This document shows positions 18,692-27,324 of a stretch of DNA of 64,000 bases, one piece after another. Each line of letters starts with the position of its first letter. The stretch's first letter is position 1. Both the position numbers and the translations under genes were made by a program. The notes beneath the pieces are model-generated. The model saw only the letters and a program-made list of their open reading frames with translations, had not been told where the DNA came from and did not search any database. The stretch comes from Candidatus Dormibacteria bacterium (GTDB lineage Bacteria; Chloroflexota; Dormibacteria; Aeolococcales; Bog-877), in assembly GCA_050734425.1 (NCBI GenBank), contig JBOHUL010000021.1, positions 140-64,139 on the forward strand, read 5' to 3'.

Positions 18692-19710
18692 TGGGGCACT
18701 GCCCGCAGGCCGGCCCCCGGTTCGAGCCCGAAGCGGAGGTTGAGCACCTGGACCGCCTGGGCCGACGCTCCCCGGCCCAGGTTGTCCAGGACCGCCGAGG
18801 CGACCAGGTGCTGGCCTTGCTGCGCGAGGCTGACCCAGCAGTGGTTGGTGTTGGAGGCCTGCTTGGTGGGGACGGGCCTGTCGGCGACGGCGACGAAGGG
18901 CTGGTGTTGGTAGCACTCGCGGTAGACCTGGCGCACGCGCTCCAAGGAGACGCCTTGACGCAGCCGGAGATAGCAGGTGACCAGGAGCCCCCTCGTCATC
19001 GGCACCAGATGAGGCACGAAGGTCACTGAATGGGGCTGGCCTCCCAGCTCCCCGAGCGCCCGCTCCATCTCGGGCCGGTGGCGGTGACCCTCCAGGGCAT
19101 AGGCGCTGGCGGACTCGTTGAGCTCGGAGAAGAGGTAGTCGCTGGAGGCCGAGCGGCCGGCGCCGCTGACCCCGGTCTTGCCGTCCGCCACCACCTCCGG
19201 CGCCACCAGGTGGGCGCGCGCCGCGGGCCCGCAGGCGAGGATCACCGCCGTGGAAAAACATCCAGGCAACGCCAGCAGACCGGCGCCCTGGAGCAGCTCC
19301 GGGCGCAGCTCCGGGAGAGCGAGCACGGCCTCTTCCAGCAGCTTCGCGGCGGGGTGGGGACCGCCGTACCAGCAGCTGAACTCGGCGGCCGACTGGAGTC
19401 TGAAGTCAGGGGAGGTGTCGACGACCACCGCCCCCTGGGCGAGCCAGTCGGCCGCCCGCTTCGCCGCCTCGCCAGGAGCCGCCGCACTGATCACCGCATC
19501 GCATCCTGCCGCATCTATTTCGTCGGTAAGGAGCAGGTGACAGGTTGACCCCGGACAGACATCGGCGTGTCTCCTGCCCGCGGAGGCGGCAGAGCCCAGC
19601 GCCACCAGTTCGACGTTGGGGTGATCCATCAGCAGACGGACACACCCTGCTCCGGCGTAGCCGGTCGCACCCCAGACCCCGACCCGCAGGGCTCTCCTTG
19701 ACCCGGACAC
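18682..19710 (-). CDS. argC: N-acetyl-gamma-glutamyl-phosphate reductase
   Basis: VGVWGATGYAGAG..., an active-site region ALPGCFST, 342 aa, and a GTG start. Confidence 0.93.
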   Translation of the reverse strand: MSGSRRALRVGVWGATGYAGAGCVRLLMDHPNVELVALGSAASAGRRHADVCPGSTCHLLLTDEIDAAGCDAVISAAAPGEAAKRAADWLAQGAVVVDTSPDFRLQSAAEFSCWYGGPHPAAKLLEEAVLALPELRPELLQGAGLLALPGCFSTAVILACGPAARAHLVAPEVVADGKTGVSGAGRSASSDYLFSELNESASAYALEGHRHRPEMERALGELGGQPHSVTFVPHLVPMTRGLLVTCYLRLRQGVSLERVRQVYRECYQHQPFVAVADRPVPTKQASNTNHCWVSLAQQGQHLVASAVLDNLGRGASAQAVQVLNLRFGLEPGAGLRAVPQWP

Positions 19711-19719
19711 CCCGCGATG

Positions 19720-19737
19720 ATTGCATATTTATGGGAT
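19720..19737. promoter_or_regulatory. Candidate ARG box (ArgR operator) overlapping the argC promoter
   Basis: ATTGCATATTTATGGGAT is an AT-rich island in a GC-rich context, 10 nt upstream of the argC GTG. The TGCATA..TATGGG half-sites resemble the actinobacterial TGCAT-N-ATGCA type ARG box as I recall it. Confidence 0.4.
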
Positions 19738-19935
19738 GGACAGGTTTGCCTCACCGGCGCTCGCGGTATTGGTCGGCGGAGCCGGTTCCGCCGATGCCAT
19801 ACGTAAGCGATGGCGCTCACGCTGGGCGGACGTCAGCCCCAGTTTGGTAGCCGCCCGGGGTCGGCGCTGGCCCGAGGCCACCGGCCGACCACTTCGCCAC
19901 GGGAACGCGGGTTAGGGGGTGGTACCAGCTGCCTC

Positions 19936-20345
19936 GGCCTCCGCAAAGCACTCATCCGGGAATTGAGTGGGTAGACGGGTAGAGCTCGAGCCCCCCGCAG
20001 TGGAAGAAGACGGACGTCTTGAGGTGCTCGCTGTACGGAAGCCGCGGGCAGCCCACCGGACCGCTTGGACGCGGCTGTGAGGCTCTCACAGCCGGCGCTG
20101 GTGATACGGTGCCGGAAGTAGGCGAGACACCAGCCAGGTAGCGCTTCAGCATCCGGGCCTTGGCGACCACGGGGGTGAGCTGGGAGTGGGTAGCCCAGAA
20201 GCACCACTGCTGCCTGTGTCGTCGTCCATGGGCGGGGCCGTGGTAGGTCCAGGGCCAGCGCAGGTCTTCCTTAGATGGCCCAGGCGCGGGCCGTCTTGAG
20301 ATCAGCGGCCAGCAGGGCGGCGAAACGCGCCCGGTGCCATGAGGC
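19936..20345 (-). mobile_element. Degraded ISL3-like transposase remnant (C-terminal ~130 codons only) with a putative terminal inverted repeat
   Basis: Minus-strand translation has to switch frames: ...ARAWAI(stop)KEDLRWPWTYHG...WATHSQLTPVVAKARMLKRYLAGV / LAYFRHRITSAGCES... / ...FRTASTS.. / VFFHCGGLELYP. This follows the ISL3 C-terminal pattern (AW..KE.LR...W...ipEl...il.yf...iTNa..E...GFRN...). GGCCTCCGCAAAGCAC at 19936-19951 abuts the stop and resembles ISL3 terminal repeats. Confidence 0.5.
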
Positions 20346-20382
20346 ACGGTCTCGCGACCCCTAGACGACTCGGTGCCTCACA

Positions 20383-20817
20383 TCAGGCGGTGGGAAGGAT
20401 CGCGTTCAGGTCCCAGGTGCGAGCATGCTCGGCACTCATCCGCAGGACCACACCAGGCTCACGTCGCTGCTCGACGAAGGTTTGAGCACGCTCCCTCCCG
20501 AGGTAACGCCCCGCTATCGCCATTCGGCTTTCGTGGTGATGGTCGGGCACCAGTGTCGGCGTGCCTTCCACCCGGACACCGCGGAACGGCGGGGTCGCTT
20601 CGAAGATCAGCAAGGAGCAATCGCGGCGGTGCTGCAGACGCCGCAGTTTCACGTCGCTCTGTGCGATCACCACCTCGAAGCCGCCGTCGTGGAAGCGGAA
20701 CCACACGGGGGACGCGACGGCTGTCCCGCTCTTGCGGTAGGTAATCAGGACGCAGGGGGCTGGCGTCGCAAGCAGTGAGCGAAACGGCGCCATAGACACG
20801 TCGACCACCGTGACCAT
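20383..20817 (-). CDS. PPOX-class (pyridoxamine 5'-phosphate oxidase-like) probable F420-dependent oxidoreductase
   Basis: CVLITYRKSGTAVASPVWFRFHDGGFEVVI...FRGVRVEGT indicates the split-barrel PPOX fold. The start is set at ATG 20817. Confidence 0.75.
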   Translation of the reverse strand: MVTVVDVSMAPFRSLLATPAPCVLITYRKSGTAVASPVWFRFHDGGFEVVIAQSDVKLRRLQHRRDCSLLIFEATPPFRGVRVEGTPTLVPDHHHESRMAIAGRYLGRERAQTFVEQRREPGVVLRMSAEHARTWDLNAILPTA

Positions 20818-21107
20818 GGTAGGCCTGATGCGTGTGCGGGCCACGCGGCGGCCACCCGTCACCGTGCGCCCTGGGCCCGCCGGGGAGACGCCTCGCCGTG
20901 CCGCCAAGGCTCACCGCCCGCAACCCCGGCCCGCGACCCGGGCCGAGATCCGTGCACTAGTGAGGGTGCCACGCGGTGTGACAGCCAGCCCCTCCCAGCG
21001 CGCGGCACCCCGCGCTCCCAGTTCCAATCCGGCTACGGCGGCATCGGCTCTCGGCCGGCGGGGCAGACTGAGCCGCACCGTGCCAAGCCCCCGGTGGAGC
21101 GGTTAGA

Positions 21108-22526
21108 TTGCCAATGCAGAGGATGAGCGCCCTCCAAGAACCGGCCCCCGCCCCGCCCTCGGCCCGCCCCGCCGCGACCCGGCCCCGGGTGGCGTCGCAG
21201 GCCGCGGACGAGGCGGTGCTCTTCCGGCCCGAGCCACCGGGCACCGGGAGCGACCTCGGCATCCCCTTCTCCTTCATCTGTGATCTGGTGCTGCGGATCC
21301 TGTACTTGCGCGGCAACCTCTCCGGGCACGCCCTGGCGACTTTGACCTGCCTTCCCTGGAAGGTCACCGGCGAGGCGGTCTTCTTCCTCACCAAGGAGAC
21401 CTTCTGCGCCACCACCGGGGCCCGCAGCGGCACCGCCTCGCACGACGACTTCACCGAGGGGCTGGAGTACATGCTCACGGCGGCCGGGCGCGAGCGGGCC
21501 AGGGAGACCTTGCAACTGAGCCAGTACGCGGGACCGGCCCCGGTCCCGATGACCGACTACCTTGCCAGCGCCGCCGGGTTGGCTGAGCCGCCCACCGGGG
21601 TGAACAACCAGGTCATGCGGGCGGCCCTCGGCGACTTGGTGCTCTCCGACGACGTGGTGGACACCGTGGGCTCGGCCCTGATCGCGCGCCAAGCGCTCTT
21701 CCTCTTCGGCCCCCCCGGCAACGGCAAGAGCTCGATCGCCAGAGCGTGTGCCACAGTCCTGGGCAGTCCCATATTCATCCCCTACGCCCTCTACGTCCAT
21801 GGCGAGGTGGTGCGCGTCTTCGATCCCACCCACCACCACCGGATCAAGGGCGCGACCATCCCCCACGACCAGCGCTGGGTCCTGATCCAGCGCCCCGTGG
21901 TCCGGACCGGCGGGGAGCTGCGGGCACAGCAGCTGGAGCCCTCGTTCGACCGGGTGCTCGGGTTCTACGAGGCTCCGCTGCAGGTCAAGGCCAACGGGGG
22001 CATCCTCCACGTCGACGACTTCGGGCGCCAGGTGATCTCCCCCAAGGAGCTCCTCAACCGACTCATCGTCCCCTTGGAGAATGGGGTCGACCACCTCAGC
22101 GTGGCCCGGGCCGGGACCACGGTCACCGTCCCCTACGCCACGCTGCTGCTGCTCTCAACCAACCTCGACCCGGCGGAGTTGGTGGACGAGGCCTTCCTGC
22201 GTCGGGTCCGCTACAAGGCCATGGTCCCCGACCCCAGCCCGGAGGAGTTCCGGGCCATCTTCCGTCGGGTCTGCGACGAGAGTGGCGTCGACTTCGACGA
22301 GGGAACCGTCGAGCACCTGCTCAAGACCCACTACCAGCCGGTGGACCGCCCCCTCAGGGGATGCCATCCCCGGGACCTGGTGAGCCAGGTGGTGACCGCC
22401 GCCCGCTACCTGGGCCAGCCCGCGGTGCTGAGCCAGGAGCTTGTCGACCGCGCCGCGCACGCCTACTTCGCCGACTTCGACGTCAAGTTGACCCGCCCGC
22501 GTCAGCCGTCCCAGAAGCCCGGATAG
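21108..22526 (+). CDS. AAA+ ATPase of unknown function
   Basis: Walker A LFLFGPPGNGKSS and Walker B-like GILHVDDFGRQ, followed by LLNRLIVPLENGVDHL, LLLLSTNLDP and EAFLRRVRYK. It has an N-terminal ~200-aa non-ATPase region. ATG 21114 or 21123 are alternative starts. Confidence 0.8.
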   Translation: MPMQRMSALQEPAPAPPSARPAATRPRVASQAADEAVLFRPEPPGTGSDLGIPFSFICDLVLRILYLRGNLSGHALATLTCLPWKVTGEAVFFLTKETFCATTGARSGTASHDDFTEGLEYMLTAAGRERARETLQLSQYAGPAPVPMTDYLASAAGLAEPPTGVNNQVMRAALGDLVLSDDVVDTVGSALIARQALFLFGPPGNGKSSIARACATVLGSPIFIPYALYVHGEVVRVFDPTHHHRIKGATIPHDQRWVLIQRPVVRTGGELRAQQLEPSFDRVLGFYEAPLQVKANGGILHVDDFGRQVISPKELLNRLIVPLENGVDHLSVARAGTTVTVPYATLLLLSTNLDPAELVDEAFLRRVRYKAMVPDPSPEEFRAIFRRVCDESGVDFDEGTVEHLLKTHYQPVDRPLRGCHPRDLVSQVVTAARYLGQPAVLSQELVDRAAHAYFADFDVKLTRPRQPSQKPG

Positions 22527-22533
22527 TCGGCAG

Positions 22534-23388
22534 ATGCTGCGGCGGGCGCTCCAGCGCCAGCCCCGGACCCGCCCGCTGTGGGCCTCGGACGCCACCTCAG
22601 TCGAAGCCTGCCTGGAGCAGCACCCGCTGGAGACGGTCTTCCTCCGCAGCGAGATACGCCAGGGGGCGCTGCGCCATGGGGCGCTGATCGGGGTGGAGTC
22701 CACCTCCGGCAAGGGGCTGGGCGGGGTGGTGATGCGCGGGCCCCTGGTGGTCCCCTGGGCCCCCCGGGCGGTGGAGTTGGATGCTTTGGGGAGGGCGCTG
22801 CGGCCGCATCTGCCCTGGATCCAGCTCATGGTCGGGCCCAAGGAGCAGGTGGCCAGGCTGCAGGCCCAGCTGGGGGACCGGCTCCCGCCGGTGCGGAGCC
22901 TGCGCGCCGACCAGCCCCATTACGCCGTCGACCTGGCCACCGTGGCCCCGGCGCCGGACCCCGCGCCGCCTCTGCGTCAGGCCCGGGTGGCGGAGCTGGA
23001 ACCACTGGTCCGGGCCGGCGCCGCCATGCACCTGGAGGAGGTCGGGTTCGATCCCCTGCTGGTGGACCCAGTCGGCTACCGGGAGCGGATCCTGGGCCTG
23101 ATCCGCCGCGGCTGGGTCCATGTCTGGATGGAGGAGGGGCGGGTGGCGTTCAAGGCGGAGTGCTCCTCGGTGACCCCGGAGGCGGTCCAGGTCCAGGGAG
23201 TCTGGACCGACCCCGCCCTGCGCCGCCAGGGACGCGCGACCCGGGCCATGGCCAGCCTCTGCCACCGCCTGCTCCGGGACACGCAGTGGGTGACCCTGTT
23301 CGTCAACGACTTCAACGACACCGCCATCCGCCTGTACGAGCGGACCGGGTTCCAGCGCATCGGGAGCATGCGCACCGTCCTCTTCTGA
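22534..23388 (+). CDS. GNAT N-acetyltransferase with an N-terminal DUF4081-like domain
   Basis: The C-terminus has an acetyl-CoA binding block (RRQGRATRAMASLCHRLL...FVNDFNDTAIRLYERTGFQ). 284 aa. Confidence 0.8.
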   Translation: MLRRALQRQPRTRPLWASDATSVEACLEQHPLETVFLRSEIRQGALRHGALIGVESTSGKGLGGVVMRGPLVVPWAPRAVELDALGRALRPHLPWIQLMVGPKEQVARLQAQLGDRLPPVRSLRADQPHYAVDLATVAPAPDPAPPLRQARVAELEPLVRAGAAMHLEEVGFDPLLVDPVGYRERILGLIRRGWVHVWMEEGRVAFKAECSSVTPEAVQVQGVWTDPALRRQGRATRAMASLCHRLLRDTQWVTLFVNDFNDTAIRLYERTGFQRIGSMRTVLF

Positions 23389-23453
23389 ACCGGCCTTGGG
23401 CCGGGTGCCGCCGCCCCGGCAACGGCGTGCCGGGTCGGGGCTAGGATCGGGGA

Positions 23454-23858
23454 ATGGGAGACACGCAAACCCGTACGGGCGAGGGCTGGCTGGAGCAGCC
23501 GCGGGCGGTGCCGGCACTGCTGGTGGTCCTGGGGATCACCTTCATCCTCTTCGTCGTAGGAGCGATCCTCCTGGTCAACACCTTCGCCCACAACGGCGCC
23601 CCCTGCCCCAACCTCCAGGGCCATGCCGCCAGGGCCTGCCGCATGCCTCAAGAGAGCTATCTGCCGGCCTGGATCCTGCTGATCCTGGGCTTCTTCGGAG
23701 TCCTGGCGGTCTGCGTCGCGGCGATCCGGCTCTACTCCAGACGCTGGCGCGAGGACCAGGTCCAAGGGGAGCTCGAGGCCGCCACCCTCGCCCGGGCCGG
23801 GACCGCTTCCCAGGACCCGCGGTCAACCAGCCCCTCGCCACCAGGGCCGGCGCCGTAG
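23454..23858 (+). CDS. Hypothetical two-TM membrane protein
   Basis: Two hydrophobic helices (ALLVVLGITFILFVVGAILLV and WILLILGFFGVLAVCVAAI). No recognised domain. It overlaps the convergent EamA gene by 36 nt. Confidence 0.4.
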   Translation: MGDTQTRTGEGWLEQPRAVPALLVVLGITFILFVVGAILLVNTFAHNGAPCPNLQGHAARACRMPQESYLPAWILLILGFFGVLAVCVAAIRLYSRRWREDQVQGELEAATLARAGTASQDPRSTSPSPPGPAP

Positions 23859-24806
23859 CCGCCGCCGGGCCAGGGCCGGGCCACTGACCATAAGGATCAC
23901 GGCCAGGGTGATGCAGAGGGCGGCGACCGCGGCTCCCAGGGTAAGACCCTGCCCCAGGATCAGCCATCCCAGCCCCAGCGCGACAAGGGGGTTGACGTAC
24001 GCGTAGGTGGCGACGGTGGTCGCCGGCATGGCCTTGAGCGAATAGGTGTAGCAGGTGTATCCCGCCAGCGAGCCGGCCAGGATCAGCCATGCCAGGGCGA
24101 TCCACGCCGGGGCCCCGACCCCACCCAGGTGGACCCGCGCGCCCTCGCCGGTGACCAGTCCGGCGACCAGCAGGGCCGCGCCGCCGACCAACATCTCCAC
24201 CGCCGAGGCCAGCAGGACGTTGCTCGCCAGGGGGGCGTGCTGAGCATAGAGGGAGCCCACGCTCCAGAGGAACGCCGCCAACAGCAGCACCAGCGCCCAG
24301 AGAAAGTCCAGGTGGCCGCTGGCACCGGGACCCACCAGGATCACCAGACCCAGCAAGCCCAGTCCGATGCCACACCAGCCGCTCAACCCCAGAGGCCGGC
24401 TGCCCTTGAGGGGGCGGCTCAGCACCGCCATGAAGAGGGGCACGGTCGCGATCAAAAGTGACGCCAGCCCCGACTGGACCCTGACCTCGGCCACGGTCAG
24501 GAGGCCGTTTCCGCCGAGCAGGAGCAGGAGGCCGACCACGCCGGCGCTGAGCGCCTCGCGCCGGCTGGGCAACTGCCAGCGGGCGGGAAGGTGGCGCCAG
24601 CCGCCCCGGCGCCCGGCCAGGAGGTAGAGGATGACCCCGGCGGCGACGTAGCGGGTGCCCGCCAGAAGGAGAGGGGGGAACTCGCGCACCCCCACCTGGA
24701 TCCCGGTGTAGGTGGAGCCCCAGAGGAAGTAGACGGCCAGGAGCGCGACCCAGGCGCGCCATGCCGCAGGAATCGCCACCCGCCCGCGTACTTGGCTAAT
24801 GATCAT
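23823..24806 (-). CDS. EamA/DMT-family transporter
   Basis: A ten-TM-like hydrophobic profile with a duplicated EamA pattern. 327 aa. Confidence 0.8.
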   Translation of the reverse strand: MIISQVRGRVAIPAAWRAWVALLAVYFLWGSTYTGIQVGVREFPPLLLAGTRYVAAGVILYLLAGRRGGWRHLPARWQLPSRREALSAGVVGLLLLLGGNGLLTVAEVRVQSGLASLLIATVPLFMAVLSRPLKGSRPLGLSGWCGIGLGLLGLVILVGPGASGHLDFLWALVLLLAAFLWSVGSLYAQHAPLASNVLLASAVEMLVGGAALLVAGLVTGEGARVHLGGVGAPAWIALAWLILAGSLAGYTCYTYSLKAMPATTVATYAYVNPLVALGLGWLILGQGLTLGAAVAALCITLAVILMVSGPALARRRLRRRPWWRGAG

Positions 24807-24882
24807 CTCTTAGGGAGCGCGATGCCCTAACATTCGTGGGGCAGTGGTAGCATAGCGCCTAAGGGATCTGAAGAACTCACGC

Positions 24883-25374
24883 ATGGACGACACCGATCGG
24901 CAGCTGCTGGGGCTTCTGGCCGCCGGCGGCCGGAGCACCTGGGCGGCCCTGGGAGAACGGGTGTCCCTCTCGGCCCCGTCGGTGCACGAGCGCGTACACA
25001 AGCTGGAGTCCTCGGGCACCATCCTCGCCTACTCGGCCCTCGTCGACCCGGAGAGGGTCGGGGCCGAGACGGCGGCGCTGGTCGCGATCCGGATCCAGGG
25101 GCCGTCCGAGGACCGGCGGCGGCTCGAGCTCGAGCTAGCCCGAGAGCCGGCGGTGCTGGAGCTGCACGAGGTAGCGGGGGACGACTGCTACATGGCCAAG
25201 GTGCGGGTGCAATCCGCAGCCCAGCTGGCCGGGCTGTTGGCCTCGCTGCGCGACCACCACTCCGGCATAAGCAGCCGCTCCTCGGTCGTGTTGCGCACCG
25301 TCTTCGAGCGGCCGCTGCTCTGGCCTGGCGACCGCCCCCCACCCTTGGGTCAGGTGCAGGGGGTTCCGTCGTGA
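24883..25374 (+). CDS. Lrp/AsnC-family transcriptional regulator
   Basis: DRQLLGLLAAGGRSTWAALGERVSLSAPSVHERVHKLESSG (helix-turn-helix) plus a C-terminal RAM-like domain. It is divergent from the EamA transporter. Confidence 0.85.
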   Translation: MDDTDRQLLGLLAAGGRSTWAALGERVSLSAPSVHERVHKLESSGTILAYSALVDPERVGAETAALVAIRIQGPSEDRRRLELELAREPAVLELHEVAGDDCYMAKVRVQSAAQLAGLLASLRDHHSGISSRSSVVLRTVFERPLLWPGDRPPPLGQVQGVPS

Positions 25375-25431
25375 CCGAGGAGCCCAGGGTGGGCGCGCCA
25401 ACCTAGGTTCGGCGGCTCGGGGGTCCCGGGC

Positions 25432-26304
25432 TCAGTACTCATCCTCCGGGCGCGCGTCGTCGTCGTCGGTGGCCCCGACCTCGGCCTCGCCCTCGGCCTC
25501 GTCCACCTCGGCGAACCCCTCCTCGAGCTCGGGTCCGCTCGGGTCCCGCGCCGGTCCCGAGTGCTCCTCGTCGTCGTCGCCCCGCGACGGCGGCTCCTCC
25601 TCGCGAGCACCCGCCAGCTCCTTGGCATATGGGCGGTAGCTGATCTCCCGGAGCTTGCGCAAGGGGAACGAGTTGGTCCCGGCCAGCTCGGGGGCCTGGT
25701 AGGTCTCGCGAAGGATCAGCTGGATGCCGGCCTCGTCGACGTGGGTGATGGCGCCGGCATAGCGGTTACCGCCCTGGCTCAGCTTGGCCACCCGCTGAGA
25801 CAGCCGGGGTTCGATGCCCCCCAGCTCCAAGCCCCTCAGGCTGCGCACCACCACCGTCTCCTCCCGGACCTCGATCTGGACAGGGTCGCCCGGGGCCACC
25901 GCCCTGGAGCCGACGCCTCGAGCGGGTAGCAGGTTGGTGATCGCGGTCTTGCCGGGCTCGTCGGTGAAGAGGGCGATGTCCACCGCCGCCTGCACTGGGG
26001 CCACCTCCTCCCGACCGGCGCGCAGCTCGGCCAGCTTCGCCAGCTGGCGGCGGGCGATCTGGTTCCCAGGGCTCAGTTCCAGCGCGGTCCGGTAAGCGGC
26101 CTCGGCGTCTCCCAGGCGGCCCAGCTCCAGCAACGCCTTGCCCCGGCGGTTGCAGGTGTCGGCGTCGGGGCCGAAGCGAGTCAGCAGCTCGTCGTTCAGG
26201 ACCAGCGCCTCCTGCCAGCGGCTGTCGAGAGCCAGGCGTACCGCCTCGTCGGCGGCCTCAAGCTTCGATTTGGGGGCTTCGCCAACATCAGCCAAGGCTG
26301 CCAT
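25432..26304 (-). CDS. TPR-repeat protein with a strongly acidic C-terminal tail
   Basis: TPR motifs (RRGKALLELGRLGDAEAAYRTALELSPGN) and a tail rich in D/E (GDDDEEH...EVDEAEGEAEVGATDDDDARPEDEY). I set the start at ATG 26304. Confidence 0.65.
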   Translation of the reverse strand: MAALADVGEAPKSKLEAADEAVRLALDSRWQEALVLNDELLTRFGPDADTCNRRGKALLELGRLGDAEAAYRTALELSPGNQIARRQLAKLAELRAGREEVAPVQAAVDIALFTDEPGKTAITNLLPARGVGSRAVAPGDPVQIEVREETVVVRSLRGLELGGIEPRLSQRVAKLSQGGNRYAGAITHVDEAGIQLILRETYQAPELAGTNSFPLRKLREISYRPYAKELAGAREEEPPSRGDDDEEHSGPARDPSGPELEEGFAEVDEAEGEAEVGATDDDDARPEDEY

Positions 26305-26521
26305 CCTCCGCAACAAAGGTGGCCCCGGCACGGGGCGGTCAGTCGGGTGACGGTGGTTGTCGCTACGAGAGTTGCTCTGGGAACCGTCCGCCAACCCCCA
26401 AGGGGGGTTGGGCCAGAGCCGGATTGGCCCGGTGGCGCGACGGGCCGCCATATGATAGCGGCAGGCTGCCGCAATGCCGATCTTTCAGATGGGCAGCCGC
26501 CAGCCGAGGTGCCCCCGTCCC

Positions 26522-27322
26522 ATGGCTTCCAACAACCACAAGTCGGCCCCGGTGGAGATCCTGGCCGTTGCCAATCAGAAGGGCGGCGTCGGCAAGACCA
26601 CGACCGCCGTCAACCTGGCCAGCGCGCTGAGAGAGCGCCAGGTCCGGGTCCTGGCGGTCGACCTCGACCCCCAGGGACACCTGACCGTAAACATGGGCGT
26701 CTCCCGACCTGACGACCTACAGCTCACGGTCTACGACATGCTCTGCGAGCACCAGGTGGGGGCCGTGGACGTCAGGCTCCACTCCCCCGGGTTGGGGGTG
26801 GATTTCCTGCCCGCCAACGTGGAGCTGGCGGGGGCAGAGCTGCAGCTGGTGACCGAGATCGGCAGGGAATCGGTGCTGCAGGAGAAGCTGGCCCCCATCC
26901 TCGGCGACTACGACTACGTCGTCATCGACTGCCCCCCCTCGCTGGGGCTGCTCTGCCTCAACGCCCTGGTTGCCGCGACCCAGGTGGTCATCCCTCTGCA
27001 GTGCGAGTACTTTGGCATGAAGGGAATGGAGCAGCTGCAGCGAACCATCGAGCGCGTCAGGGTCAAACTCAACCCCCGGCTGCGCATCCACGGCATCCTC
27101 CCCACCATCCACAAGGGACGGACGGTGCATGCCAACGAGGTGCTCAACGACGTCCAGTCCCACTTCGGCCGCCTGGTCTACCCATTCCAGGTGACAGACA
27201 GCATCCGCTTCGCCGAGTGCCCCCTGGTGGGGCAGTCCATCCTCCAGTACGCCACCGACTCCGACGGCGCCACCGCCTACCGCCAGCTGGCGGAGGCGGT
27301 GATCACCAAGGAGGGACGCTAG
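26522..27322 (+). CDS. parA: ParA/Soj-family P-loop ATPase
   Basis: Deviant Walker A ILAVANQKGGVGKTTT, plus DCPPSLG. 266 aa from ATG 26522. Confidence 0.9.
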   Translation: MASNNHKSAPVEILAVANQKGGVGKTTTAVNLASALRERQVRVLAVDLDPQGHLTVNMGVSRPDDLQLTVYDMLCEHQVGAVDVRLHSPGLGVDFLPANVELAGAELQLVTEIGRESVLQEKLAPILGDYDYVVIDCPPSLGLLCLNALVAATQVVIPLQCEYFGMKGMEQLQRTIERVRVKLNPRLRIHGILPTIHKGRTVHANEVLNDVQSHFGRLVYPFQVTDSIRFAECPLVGQSILQYATDSDGATAYRQLAEAVITKEGR

Positions 27323-27324
27323 CC

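Noticed and set aside
17459-19261. The 600-aa version of argJ and the 711-aa version of the alkA-like gene (45415..47550) given in the ORF track.
   Set aside because: The extra N-terminal parts overlap the upstream genes (argC and the triple-repeat membrane protein) in another frame and are compositionally junk. Homology begins at GTG 18691 for argJ and near 46455 for the alkA-like gene.
24807-24882. A TTAGGG-N9-CCCTAA inverted repeat in the EamA/Lrp divergent intergenic region, considered as an Lrp operator.
   Set aside because: The arms are only 6 bp and no consensus is available to me, so this is too weak to list as a feature.
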